A stretch of 64,000 bases of DNA, taken from Acidimicrobiales bacterium (GTDB lineage: Bacteria > Actinomycetota > Acidimicrobiia > Acidimicrobiales > Aldehydirespiratoraceae). Numbering within the stretch: the first letter of the stretch is position 1; each line of letters starts with the position of its first letter. Shown in pieces: positions 21,210 to 31,129 of the stretch. The notes under the pieces are model-generated. The model ran no database searches and was not told the origin of the DNA. It worked only from the letters and a program-made list of their open reading frames with translations. Position numbers and translations under genes: made by a program. Location: the NCBI GenBank assembly GCA_029263175.1, contig JAJCXZ010000016.1, forward strand, positions 24,554 through 88,553, written 5' to 3'.

Positions 21210-21929
21210 CTATCCGTCAGATTCAGGCGCGTCGCTCTCACCATCAGTGGCATCGACCGCAGGCTCGAGCGGCACTGGCGCCTCCGAGATCTGGCCGGTG
21301 CCAGTACTGGCCTCGAGCTGGGCAAGGGCCCCCGCGCTCGGGGCGGGCGGATCCTCACCGACCGGAACCCTGGCGATTGTGAAAGCCTCACGGTTACTGA
21401 GGAACTGAACATCCTCGAAGTCCTTGTCGTAGACGGCAACCAACCGAACCTCGGGGTCGACCGCGAAGCGGCCGATCTTGATGACCGCAGCCTCATCGCC
21501 ACAGCCCTCATCGGCCACGATGGTGCCGATCCCGGGGCCGGTGATCTGGTCGGTGTCGACGGTGACCTCCATGGCCTCGAAGAAGACCCCCAGCTGAGCA
21601 TCGGTGCCGGTGGCAGAGCTGTTGAACGGATGGATGTGGATCAGACCATCCTGATGGCTGTGGATACCGTCGGGGTCAGCGGTGCTGGTGAACTCACCCG
21701 CCACGGTGCCACAGTCGTAGACCGTGTACGCGGCGTGCCAGTGGTCGGCGGTGGTCGGTGCGACAACCTCGCGGCTCTCACGGGCAATGAAGACCAACGC
21801 AATGCCGAGAATGACGACGGCCGCGACGGTGAGCGGGAAACCCAGCTCCCGCTTTTCCGACGCACCTCGCGAAGAGGCTGCTGCTTTGGCGGCCCGCTGG
21901 ACCTTCTTGGACGAACTTGCTTTACCCAC
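21210..21929 (-). CDS. Membrane-anchored hypothetical protein with His-rich motifs
   Basis: Basic N-terminus, one TM, DHWHAAY and GIHSHQDGLIHIHPF. GTG 21929 is preceded by TAGCGT. Confidence 0.78.
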   Translation of the reverse strand: MGKASSSKKVQRAAKAAASSRGASEKRELGFPLTVAAVVILGIALVFIARESREVVAPTTADHWHAAYTVYDCGTVAGEFTSTADPDGIHSHQDGLIHIHPFNSSATGTDAQLGVFFEAMEVTVDTDQITGPGIGTIVADEGCGDEAAVIKIGRFAVDPEVRLVAVYDKDFEDVQFLSNREAFTIARVPVGEDPPAPSAGALAQLEASTGTGQISEAPVPLEPAVDATDGESDAPESDG

Positions 21930-21981
21930 GGCGAGCAACGCTAGCGGCCCCGCGGCACTCATCCGCGCGCGCCCACCCGGA

Positions 21982-23214
21982 TTAGCGACTGGTTCTCAAC
22001 TCTTCGAAGAGCTCGATGTAGGCCGTGGCCACACCGGCCGGCGACACCCAACTCTCGACGAACCGGCGACCCCGCTCACCCATCGCCGTCGTCGACTCCG
22101 GATCGTCCAGCAACTCACGCAACGAGTCGACGAATGCCCTGGTGTCCTCAGGAGGGCACGTGACGCCGCACCGGTTGGTCAGCAGCACCCGCTCGACCTC
22201 GGTATCGGGGTCGATCGAGGCAAGTACCGGTCGACCGGCGGCGAGAATCGAGTAAAGCTTCGAGGGCACCGACGACCGGGCCAGACCTTCGCGCAGGGCG
22301 ATGACGTGGATATCGCCGGCGGCGAGTGTTTCGGCCAAACGCTCCGCCGGCTGGAAGTCGACGAACCGCACATTGCCGAGACCGGTCGCAACCTCCTCCA
22401 GGCGTGCTCGCTCGGAGCCCCCGCCATTGATGACGAACACCACGTCTTTTCGATCACTCAGACTGCGTGCCGCGTCGATCATCAGATCGAGGGGCTGGGA
22501 GAATCCGAGATTGCCGGCGTACATCACGACCGTGCGATCGCCGAGGTCGAAGTCCTCTCGGTACGAGTTGCGTCGATCCGATGGTTGAACCCGCTCGGTG
22601 TCGACAAAGTTCGGGATGACACGCACTTCGGTCTCCGAGGCGTGACCGATCTTTGCGCAGACGTTCTCGGCGAGGTCCTCGGACAACACCGTCACCGCGT
22701 CGGCGCGTCGGTAGATGAACCGCTCGAGCCATCGGGCCACACCGATGACAGTCGGATTGGTGATCGCCCCGACCTCCACCGCCACATCAGGAAAGATGTC
22801 TTGCACGTTGAACACGAACGGGGCCCGGCGGACCCGAGCGGCGACCCACGCCGGCAACCCGAGCGTGAGCGGTGGCGACATCGCAAGCACGACATCAGGG
22901 CGGCGCCGCCGACATATCAGGAGCAGTCCTGCCAGGCCGGTGAACCCCGCAAACGCGAACGCCCTCGCAGGGATGTTGCGCTTGTCCGTGGGGAACGGAT
23001 GGACCCGGGTGACCCGGCCCCACGCCGTTCGTTCGGTTCGCCAGGGCCGACCCCGCCACTCGGGCTCGACTTCGTGGTCGGTGTACCACGGCAACGAGGT
23101 GACGATCTCGACCTCGTGACCCTGTTCGACGACTCGATGCACGATCTCGGTCATGACAACACCGGTCGGTGCCGGGTCAGGATCGAAGTGGGGACAGATC
23201 ACCAATACACGCAT
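21982..23214 (-). CDS. Glycosyltransferase family 4 (WbuB/WcaI-like)
   Basis: HFDPD, FNVQDIFPD, YAGNLGFSQ, VPSKLYSILAAGRP. Confidence 0.9.
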   Translation of the reverse strand: MRVLVICPHFDPDPAPTGVVMTEIVHRVVEQGHEVEIVTSLPWYTDHEVEPEWRGRPWRTERTAWGRVTRVHPFPTDKRNIPARAFAFAGFTGLAGLLLICRRRRPDVVLAMSPPLTLGLPAWVAARVRRAPFVFNVQDIFPDVAVEVGAITNPTVIGVARWLERFIYRRADAVTVLSEDLAENVCAKIGHASETEVRVIPNFVDTERVQPSDRRNSYREDFDLGDRTVVMYAGNLGFSQPLDLMIDAARSLSDRKDVVFVINGGGSERARLEEVATGLGNVRFVDFQPAERLAETLAAGDIHVIALREGLARSSVPSKLYSILAAGRPVLASIDPDTEVERVLLTNRCGVTCPPEDTRAFVDSLRELLDDPESTTAMGERGRRFVESWVSPAGVATAYIELFEELRTSR

Positions 23215-23226
23215 CTCTGACCCTCC

Positions 23227-24339
23227 CTATGCGACCGCGTCGTGCCAGACGCCGAGCAGAGCGGCGGCCGACGACGCAGGAGAATAGGCGTCGGCTCGAG
23301 CGGCGCCTGCCACGGCCAGTTCGGCCCGGCGCATGTCGTCGCCGAGGAGCTCATTCAGGGCCTCGGCCCAGCCGTCCACGTCGCCCGGATCAACCAACAC
23401 TCCAGCGTCGCCGAGGACCTCGGGTATCGCGGTGGCGTCCGCCGCGACGACTGGCGTCCCCCGGTGCATCGCCTCCAGAATCGGAAGGCCGAAGCCCTCA
23501 TAGCGTGAAGGGAACGCCATGACGTCGGCTCGAGCGGTCAGCTCAGCGAGTGTGGCCGCCTCGACTCTCCCGAGATGACGAACGTGACGTCCGTCCGGGT
23601 CGAGTGCTCGAGTTGCGGCTTCGAGCGGGCCGGCATACCGGCCGGCCCCGCCGGTGAAGACCACGAGCACGTCGGGATGAGCGTCGATCACCGCAGGTAG
23701 TGCGTCGAGCAGAACCCGGTGGTTCTTGTGCGGGTGGGACACCGCGGGGTAGATGATCAGCGGACGTTCACCGAGCGCGGCGACAACCGGGTGAACGGTG
23801 CCATTGATGACACCGGGATCAGACGTGGAGGAGACCACCCGCACCCGAGCCGGGTCGAGCCCGAAACGGTCGATGATCTGTTGGCGGACCCAGCGCGAAG
23901 GGGTCACCACGACGTCCGCGCCGTGTACCGTTCGCGGCAGGGAATACCCGAGGTAGCGCTGCTTGAGCGCGGAGAAGTTCTCCGGCATGTCGAGCGGCTG
24001 GATGTCGTGGATTGTGACCACGGTCGGACACCCTGGTCGGCGGGCCGGGATGCGTCCTCCGAAGTGGTGAACCAAGTCGAAGCTGCGGGTGGCGTGGGCC
24101 AGCCACGTCGACTCGACGGCAACTCGGTATGGCCGGCGTTGAACCGGGCCCCGAAACGCCAAGGTGGAATGCCCGCCGAACTTCGGATGGGCGGCAAACA
24201 AACTCTTCGACCCCACAACCGTGACATCGATCTCGTCATCACCGTGATCGGCGAGCGCACGGAGCAATCGCACCGAGTACTCCTCACTTCCTCCAACCGC
24301 TCCGGGGACCACAAAGGCGAGGTTGGCGGCAACCTTCAC
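23227..24339 (-). CDS. Glycosyltransferase family 4
   Basis: VTIHD, HKNH, PSRYEGFGLPILEAM. Confidence 0.92.
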   Translation of the reverse strand: MKVAANLAFVVPGAVGGSEEYSVRLLRALADHGDDEIDVTVVGSKSLFAAHPKFGGHSTLAFRGPVQRRPYRVAVESTWLAHATRSFDLVHHFGGRIPARRPGCPTVVTIHDIQPLDMPENFSALKQRYLGYSLPRTVHGADVVVTPSRWVRQQIIDRFGLDPARVRVVSSTSDPGVINGTVHPVVAALGERPLIIYPAVSHPHKNHRVLLDALPAVIDAHPDVLVVFTGGAGRYAGPLEAATRALDPDGRHVRHLGRVEAATLAELTARADVMAFPSRYEGFGLPILEAMHRGTPVVAADATAIPEVLGDAGVLVDPGDVDGWAEALNELLGDDMRRAELAVAGAARADAYSPASSAAALLGVWHDAVA

Positions 24340-25433
24340 GACGCCACCTCGCGATAGACCGCCGCCGTCAGGTTCGCGGTGTTCTCCCAGCTGAGCGCGG
24401 CAGCGCGCGACCGGGCTCGTGTCGACAGTTGCTCGCGCAGCACGGCATCGCTCAGCACCTCATCGATCGCCACCGCGATGGAGCCGCTGTCGAGCGGGTC
24501 GATCAGTCGGGCGGCGCCGCCGGCGACCTCCTCGGTCGCCGAACCTCGACTGGTGATCACGGGCGTGCCCTGCGCCATGGCCTCGAGCACGGGCATACCG
24601 AACCCTTCCATCAGGCTGGGATACACGAATGCCGTAGCGAGCTCGTACAGGACACTCAGAACAGACTCCGGAACAACACCGAGATGCCGCACACGATCAG
24701 TGCCTCCAGGATTTCCGAGGGCCGCGTCGCTTCCCCACCCCTGGGGGCCGACGAGCACCAGCGGAATGTCGGCCTGAGCGCGCTCGTGGGCCTCGAGCAG
24801 CGCCGGGAGGTTCTTGCGAGGTTCTGCGGTGCCAACCCACAGGAGGAAGTCGTCAGGGAGCGAGTAAGCGCTTCTCACACTCGCCTTGTCCGGCTCTGGG
24901 ATGATGGCGGGCCGACAACCCCAGGGGATGACCCGTAGGCGGCGGAGCTCGATCCCTGCGCTGAGGCAATCCTGCGCCGTCGTCTCCGATGGCACGATGA
25001 TCAAATCGGCCTCTCGCTGGGCCAGTTCGAGGGCACGCGACATGAACGACACACCGCGCTTGGTGAACTGCTCAGGCCGATGCAGGAACGCCAGGTCGTG
25101 AATCGTGACCACGAGTGCTGCCCCGGATCGGGGGGGAACCACTCCCCCGGTGGCGTGGACCACGTCGATCGGTCCGGTCCACCGAGAAACTGCCGGGCGG
25201 CGGAAGCGATGCCACGTTTCGTACAGCGCCACACGAGCGAGGGGAAGGTGCTCCACAGGGATGGTCGGCGCGAGATCGGCAGGAGCGGGCTCACTGTGAC
25301 GGGCCGCGACGCCGACCAACTCCAGGTCGGCATGGCTTGCCAACGCATCCAGAGTGCGGATCGTGGACGTCGCCGTTCCACCCGGAACACGATGCCAGCT
25401 CTGCTCGACGACCGCAGCGACTCGAGTACCCAC
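24336..25433 (-). CDS. Glycosyltransferase family 4
   Basis: VTIHDL, EPRKNL, PSLMEGFGMPVLEAM; start taken as GTG 25433. Confidence 0.92.
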   Translation of the reverse strand: MGTRVAAVVEQSWHRVPGGTATSTIRTLDALASHADLELVGVAARHSEPAPADLAPTIPVEHLPLARVALYETWHRFRRPAVSRWTGPIDVVHATGGVVPPRSGAALVVTIHDLAFLHRPEQFTKRGVSFMSRALELAQREADLIIVPSETTAQDCLSAGIELRRLRVIPWGCRPAIIPEPDKASVRSAYSLPDDFLLWVGTAEPRKNLPALLEAHERAQADIPLVLVGPQGWGSDAALGNPGGTDRVRHLGVVPESVLSVLYELATAFVYPSLMEGFGMPVLEAMAQGTPVITSRGSATEEVAGGAARLIDPLDSGSIAVAIDEVLSDAVLREQLSTRARSRAAALSWENTANLTAAVYREVAS

Positions 25434-25470
25434 GATCGGAGTCTGGCAGGACAAGCTACGATCTCCTCCG

Positions 25471-26433
25471 ATGGAGACGCCGTTCGAATCTCAGCGGATC
25501 TACCTCACGGGAGGCACCGGTTTCCTCGGCTCTGCTGTGCAGACCGAGCTGCGGTCTCGTGGAGTCACGCATATCGAGGCACCTTCGAGTGCCGACGTGG
25601 ACTTTCGTGACCCCATGGCCACCAACGAGGCAATCCGCGCTGCCGCTCCCGACACCGTGATTCACCTCGCCGCTCGCGTCGGCGGCATCGGCGCCAACAT
25701 GGCTGCGCCGGCCGAGCTGTATCTCGAGAACCTGCTTCTCGGCACCAACGTCATCGAGGCGTGCCGCCACGCCGGGGTCGACAAGACCGTGGTCGTCGGC
25801 ACGATCTGCTCCTACCCGAAACACACGCCGGTCCCCTTCGAGGAGACGTCGCTGTGGAGCGGCTATCCGGAGGAAACCAACGCGCCCTACGGCATCGCCA
25901 AGCTTGCGCACCTCGTACATCTCCAAGCCAACCGTGCCCAGTACGGCCAACGCGGCGCGTATGTCATGCCGACCAACTTGTACGGGCCCGGCGACAAGTT
26001 CCATCCGGACGTCTCCCACGTGATCCCCGCCTTGATTCGCAAGTGCGTGATCGCTCGGGAGACAGGTGCCGAAGAGATCGAGGTCTGGGGAACCGGCGGG
26101 GCCAGCCGCGAGTTCCTCTACGTCGAGGACGCGGCACGAGGGATCGTCGCCGCCGCGGAACTCTATGACGGACCGGAACCCGTCAACCTGGGTAGCGACG
26201 CCGAGATCCTCATCAAGGAACTGGTGGAAATCATCGCAGAAGTCACCGGCTTCGAAGGCCGACTCGTCTGGGACTCGACTCGGCCGGACGGACAACCGCG
26301 CCGGTCGGTCGACGCCAGCCGGGCACGCGAGTACTTCGGGTTCGAGGCCACCACAGATTTCCGCGACGGGCTACGCGCCACCGTCGACTGGTACGAGACC
26401 CACCGCGACGAGGCCGAGGCCCGCCGGAACTAG
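25471..26433 (+). CDS. fcl: GDP-L-fucose synthase
   Basis: [51 protein letters not shown]; TACGAT upstream of ATG 25471. Confidence 0.93.
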   Translation: METPFESQRIYLTGGTGFLGSAVQTELRSRGVTHIEAPSSADVDFRDPMATNEAIRAAAPDTVIHLAARVGGIGANMAAPAELYLENLLLGTNVIEACRHAGVDKTVVVGTICSYPKHTPVPFEETSLWSGYPEETNAPYGIAKLAHLVHLQANRAQYGQRGAYVMPTNLYGPGDKFHPDVSHVIPALIRKCVIARETGAEEIEVWGTGGASREFLYVEDAARGIVAAAELYDGPEPVNLGSDAEILIKELVEIIAEVTGFEGRLVWDSTRPDGQPRRSVDASRAREYFGFEATTDFRDGLRATVDWYETHRDEAEARRN

Positions 26434-27368
26434 TGGTCGACCACCGTCTTGAAGTAGTCAACGGTGCGGGCGACGCCTTCACGAAGCTGCACTTCCGGTT
26501 CCCAGCCGAGAATTTCGCGAGCTCTGGTGATGTCGGGACAACGCTGAGTCGGATCGTCCGTTGGCAACGGATGCATCTCCACCGTCGATGACGAGCCGAT
26601 GGTCTCGATCACGATATCTGCGAGTTCCTTCACCGTGAACTCGTTGGGGTTGCCGATGTTCACCGGGTTGTTCTCATCGGAGTCCAGCAGTGCGATCAGC
26701 CCCCGAACCTCGTCGTCGACGAAGCAGAAGCTGCGCGTCTGGGTGCCGTCGCCATAGATCGTCAGTGGCTCGCCGCGGAGTGCCTGGACGATGAAGTTCG
26801 ACACGACACGACCGTCGTCGGGGCGCATGCGCGGACCATAGGTGTTGAAGATCCGAACAATCCGGGTCTCGAGCCCGTGATAGCGGTGGTACGCCATCGT
26901 GATCGCTTCGGAGAACCGTTTGGCCTCGTCGTAGACACCACGAGGACCGATCGGGTTGACGTTGCCCCAGTAGTCCTCGGTCTGTGGGTGCACGTGCGGG
27001 TCGCCGTAGACCTCCGAGGTCGAGGCGAGGAAGAACTTCGCACCCTTCTCCTTGGCAAGGCCGAGGCTGTTGTGGGTGCCGAGGGAGCCGACCTTCATGG
27101 TCTGGATCGGCATCTCGAGATAGTCGATCGGAGATGCCGGACTGGCGAAGTGCATCACGACGTCGACCTCACCGGGGACCCAGATGAAATCCGAGACGTC
27201 GCGCTGGCTGAACGTGAACTCCTCGCGGCCGAACAAGTGCTCAACGTTGGCGATGTCGCCGGTGCTGAGGTTGTCGATGGCGATGACGTCATCGCCGCGG
27301 CCGAGAAGCAGGTCACAGAGGTGCGAGCCGAGGAACCCGGCACCACCGGTGATGACGACGCGGGCCAT
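26430..27368 (-). CDS. UDP-glucuronate decarboxylase (UDP-xylose synthase) family
   Basis: [50 protein letters not shown]; coupled to ugd. Confidence 0.92.
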   Translation of the reverse strand: MARVVITGGAGFLGSHLCDLLLGRGDDVIAIDNLSTGDIANVEHLFGREEFTFSQRDVSDFIWVPGEVDVVMHFASPASPIDYLEMPIQTMKVGSLGTHNSLGLAKEKGAKFFLASTSEVYGDPHVHPQTEDYWGNVNPIGPRGVYDEAKRFSEAITMAYHRYHGLETRIVRIFNTYGPRMRPDDGRVVSNFIVQALRGEPLTIYGDGTQTRSFCFVDDEVRGLIALLDSDENNPVNIGNPNEFTVKELADIVIETIGSSSTVEMHPLPTDDPTQRCPDITRAREILGWEPEVQLREGVARTVDYFKTVVDH

Positions 27369-28639
27369 CAGGACCGCCCCACGCCCTGGTAGGTGAATCC
27401 CCGGCGACGAAGAGCGCCGCGGTCGAGGAGGTTGCGAGCGTCAACGACGTTGCGCGCAACCATCACATCCCCGATCTTGTCGAGGTCGAGCCATTTGAAG
27501 ACGTCCCACTCGGTGCCGACCACGAGCGCGACGGCGCCCTCGCACGCGGCGTAGGCATCACCGACAACCTCGAGGCCCTCCATGTCAAGGCTCTTCACTG
27601 CGGGGTCGAATCCACGCACTTTGGCGCCTTTGGCGATCAACCGCCGGGCAACCTCGACGGAGGGAGATTCGCGGACATCGTCGGTGCCTGCCTTGAACGC
27701 GAGACCGAGCATCGCAACCGTGGCGCCATCGATGTCGGCGACCGACTCGACCTTGCGTACGATTCGATCGAACTGTTCCTCGTTGACCGCCACCACGCCT
27801 CGCATCAGCGAGAAGTCGTAGCCGGCATCCTCAGCGATCGCGATGATCGCCTTCGAATCCTTCGGGAAACAGGAGCCACCCCAACCCGGGCCGGGGCGCA
27901 GGAATTCGTGACCGATGCGATGGTCGTAGCCCATGCCGAGCAGGACATCGTTGACATCGGCGCCGACTGCCTCACACACTGCGGCGATGGCGTTGGTGAA
28001 CGACAGTTTGGTGGCCAGAAACGCGTTTGCTGCGTACTTGCAGGTCTCCGCCGATGCAGGATCGGTGACCATGATGGGAGCACGAACGCCCAGGTACAAG
28101 GCGGCGACGCGACCCGCGGCGGCCTGGTCATCGCTACCGATCACGACACGGTCGGGGTTGAGGAAGTCGTCGACCGCGGTGCCTTCACGCAGGAACTCGG
28201 GATTCGAGACGACGGGGATGTCTGAACGACCCAAGGCCTGCTCGACAAGAAGTGTTGAACCGACGGGAACGGTTGACTTGTTGACGACCACTGTGCCGGG
28301 CTGAAGCTTTGCGCTGATCTCGCGAGCGGCAGCCTGGAGGTATGTCAGGTCGGCCGAACCATCGGCACCCTGCGGAGTCGGTACGCACAGGTACACGAAC
28401 TCGGCGTCAGCGACTGCGTTCTCGGCGCCGAGAACGAAGCTGAGTGTGCCGGCTTCGATTCCTTCGCGAACGATCTCTTCGAGGCCTGCTTCATGGATCG
28501 GGATCTCGCCGCGCTTCAGCGACTCGATCTTCTCGGGGACGATGTCGGCGCAGATGACGTCATGGCCGAGTTTCGAGAAACAGGCGCCGGTTGTGAGGCC
28601 GACGTATCCGGTGCCGACTACGGCAATAGTGCTGGTCAT
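27368..28639 (-). CDS. ugd: UDP-glucose 6-dehydrogenase
   Basis: [40 protein letters not shown]. Confidence 0.94.
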   Translation of the reverse strand: MTSTIAVVGTGYVGLTTGACFSKLGHDVICADIVPEKIESLKRGEIPIHEAGLEEIVREGIEAGTLSFVLGAENAVADAEFVYLCVPTPQGADGSADLTYLQAAAREISAKLQPGTVVVNKSTVPVGSTLLVEQALGRSDIPVVSNPEFLREGTAVDDFLNPDRVVIGSDDQAAAGRVAALYLGVRAPIMVTDPASAETCKYAANAFLATKLSFTNAIAAVCEAVGADVNDVLLGMGYDHRIGHEFLRPGPGWGGSCFPKDSKAIIAIAEDAGYDFSLMRGVVAVNEEQFDRIVRKVESVADIDGATVAMLGLAFKAGTDDVRESPSVEVARRLIAKGAKVRGFDPAVKSLDMEGLEVVGDAYAACEGAVALVVGTEWDVFKWLDLDKIGDVMVARNVVDARNLLDRGALRRRGFTYQGVGRS

Positions 28640-28722
28640 CTTTGCTCCTGAGATGGTGCTGAAACACGCATCGGCACCCGCACGACAACCCTGAGTCTAG
28701 AGACGCAAAGTGGCAGGAAAGT

Positions 28723-30330
28723 TCATCCGCAGGATTGGCCTTCTGGCGGGCGCCCGCGGGTCGATTCGGCAGTGGTTGTGGGCGGGACTGTTGTGGGCGG
28801 GACTGTCGTGGGCGGCGCCGTGGTCGGCGAGACCGAGGTCGCGGGAGCGTCGCTGGCGGTCGATGACGGTGCAGTCGAAGACGGTGCGCTGGTGACGCCG
28901 AGGTCGGGCGGGGTGACCGATCCATGGGCCTGGACTGCGGCGAGCGTGCTCGCGAGGTCGCGCGGGAAGAGGTAGGAGACCTCGGCGTGGTCAGAGCCGA
29001 TCACAAGCGTGATTCCCGTGGCAGTCGGCTCTTCGACGATGGCGGGGACGGGGTCGAGATACTGCGCCAGCAACTGGGCACCTCGGGCCGAACCAGGCGG
29101 GTGGATGATGACGGTCGTGTCGACCTCGACGAAAACCTGGCGTTGAACGGTGATCACGAACCCGGCATCGTCCTGGAGCGCGGCGGCCACGTCCTCGACC
29201 TGGACGAGGTCAGCGCCGGCCACGGAAAGCTGGACCTCGGTAGGGGTGACGCCGTCGGCTACCCCGCGAAAGATCTGGAACATCTCCTCGTTCGCACCGG
29301 GGACGGCCTCCAGGATTGCGGTCAGGTCTCCCCGATCCTCCACCGGCCTCACCACCAGCGAGAACCGATGCAGGGATTCGGGATCGAAGTCCGTGAACGC
29401 TCCGCCGAGGTCGATGAGTTCGGCAGGGGTCAGGCCCTGGTCGAGTACTACGCTGTCGGCGCCTGACTCGATGAGCGCCGACATCGCGGTGATGTTTCGG
29501 GCGCCGCGTGCGATCGCTCGCTCTAGGGCGAGCACCACGAAGTCCTGCTGCCGTTCGATCCGACTGAGGTCGGGTTGGTTCGGGTCGAGCAGTTGCCAGG
29601 TGCCGTCGATGTATTCTTCGTAGCGCCGCGACCGCACGTATGACAGCGCCGCGGCGCCGTCCATCAGATAGCAGCCTCCCACCGCAGGGATGTCGTAGAC
29701 CGCGAAACCGGTGGCCTCGTCGCGAGCCGGGTTCTCGAACCATACCGATACACCGCCCAGCTGGTCGACCACTGAGCGAAAGGCCAGGAAGTCGAGCTGG
29801 ACGTAGTGGTTCAGCTGGATGTCGAAGGCGTTGCTCAGTGCCTCGGCCAATAGCTCGGGTCCCTCAACCAGCGTGAGGGAGTTGATCTTTCGCTCCTGGC
29901 CATTGCGGGGGTCCTCGATGACCATGTCCCGCGGTATCGACATCACCCAGGCCTGGCCGGACGCCGGGTCGATGCGCACCAACGCAATCGTGTCGGCGTG
30001 GAATCGGTTCCGGGAATCGATGATCCGACCGTTGTGGATCGGGTCGTCGGGGTCGATCCCTTCGGCACTGTCTGTGCCGATGATCAGGAAATTCACCGGC
30101 GTCCCGGGAGGAGTATCGGTCATCAGAAGATCGCCGGAAAATAGCACGCGACCGATCTCGCCGACACCCGCATAGACACTTTGCACGAACCACGAGGCCG
30201 CCAGTGCGGCACCGATTACACCAAGGCACGCGAGGATCACGAATCGCTGGGGCCACGTCCGCCGCAGGACCACCTTGCCGTCAGCTATCACGGCGCCGGA
30301 TCGTAGTGCACCCGTGCGGCCCTCGGGCAT
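28723..30330 (-). CDS. LCP (LytR-CpsA-Psr) wall-polymer ligase with LytR_C-like domain and Pro/Thr-rich tail
   Basis: N-terminal TM, NFLIIGTDS, ADTI, SIPRD, ALSYVRSR, RIERQQ. Confidence 0.92.
   Translation of the reverse strand: MPEGRTGALRSGAVIADGKVVLRRTWPQRFVILACLGVIGAALAASWFVQSVYAGVGEIGRVLFSGDLLMTDTPPGTPVNFLIIGTDSAEGIDPDDPIHNGRIIDSRNRFHADTIALVRIDPASGQAWVMSIPRDMVIEDPRNGQERKINSLTLVEGPELLAEALSNAFDIQLNHYVQLDFLAFRSVVDQLGGVSVWFENPARDEATGFAVYDIPAVGGCYLMDGAAALSYVRSRRYEEYIDGTWQLLDPNQPDLSRIERQQDFVVLALERAIARGARNITAMSALIESGADSVVLDQGLTPAELIDLGGAFTDFDPESLHRFSLVVRPVEDRGDLTAILEAVPGANEEMFQIFRGVADGVTPTEVQLSVAGADLVQVEDVAAALQDDAGFVITVQRQVFVEVDTTVIIHPPGSARGAQLLAQYLDPVPAIVEEPTATGITLVIGSDHAEVSYLFPRDLASTLAAVQAHGSVTPPDLGVTSAPSSTAPSSTASDAPATSVSPTTAPPTTVPPTTVPPTTTAESTRGRPPEGQSCG
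28775..28819 (-). repeat. 15-nt tandem repeats encoding (A/V)PPTT x3 in the LCP tail
   Basis: GTTGTGGGCGGGACT twice plus one variant on the plus strand. Confidence 0.75.
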
Positions 30331-30337
30331 CGGCGGA

Positions 30338-31111
30338 TCATGCGGGGCGGAGATGCACGACGTCGCCGGCGTGGAAGGACCGCATTTCCCCGTCTACATC
30401 CACGATCAACTCGCCGGCCGCGCCGATGTCGACGGCGACGCCTTCCACAAACGTCTCGCCGGGAAGCTCGACTCGAACCGCGCGTCCAATTGTCAGCGAA
30501 TGAGCTCGCAGCTCGGCAAGCGCTCGCCTCGGGGTCTCTCGTCGCGACGCAAGGTTCTCGATCACCAGGCTCAAGATGTGATCTCGCTCGACCGGAGCGC
30601 CGACGGCCGACAGCGATGTTGCGCCGTCCCGGTCAGTCGCCCCGAGGTTCAAACCAACGCCGACGATGACCGCACCCGGACTCCCGGCGACGTACTCGGC
30701 CAGCACTCCCGCGAGCTTACCGGGTCGCGGACCCTCCTCGATCACCAGATCGTTGGGCCACTTGAATCCGACCGGGACGGACACCTCGGATGCCACCGCC
30801 TCCCGTACGGCGGCCGCCACCGCGACCACCATCAAGGACGCATCGTCAACGCCGGCCGGAAGCCGAAAGCTCATCAACAGGTGCTCTGCCTCGGTCGCTT
30901 CCCAGACCCGGTCGAGTCGCCCGCGGCCGGCCGTTTGCAGGTCGGCGACCAGTACACACGTCCCGAGGTCGCCGGCTCGCGCCTCGGTCGCCAGGTCCGT
31001 ATTCGTCGAACCGGTTTGTCCGATGTGCCGGACCTCGATGCCGGCTCGTGCACCCGCGGCTTTGGCCCCAGGAAAAACATTCTCTGGCGGTGTCGCATGT
31101 TGGGTGGTCAT
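30338..31111 (-). CDS. birA: Biotin--[acetyl-CoA-carboxylase] ligase (no HTH domain)
   Basis: TGSTN, QTAGRGR, KWPND, KLAGVL, GVGLN, AGDV; start uncertain (31111 or 31123). Confidence 0.93.
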   Translation of the reverse strand: MTTQHATPPENVFPGAKAAGARAGIEVRHIGQTGSTNTDLATEARAGDLGTCVLVADLQTAGRGRLDRVWEATEAEHLLMSFRLPAGVDDASLMVVAVAAAVREAVASEVSVPVGFKWPNDLVIEEGPRPGKLAGVLAEYVAGSPGAVIVGVGLNLGATDRDGATSLSAVGAPVERDHILSLVIENLASRRETPRRALAELRAHSLTIGRAVRVELPGETFVEGVAVDIGAAGELIVDVDGEMRSFHAGDVVHLRPA

Positions 31112-31129
31112 TCGGCTAGTCATTAGCAC

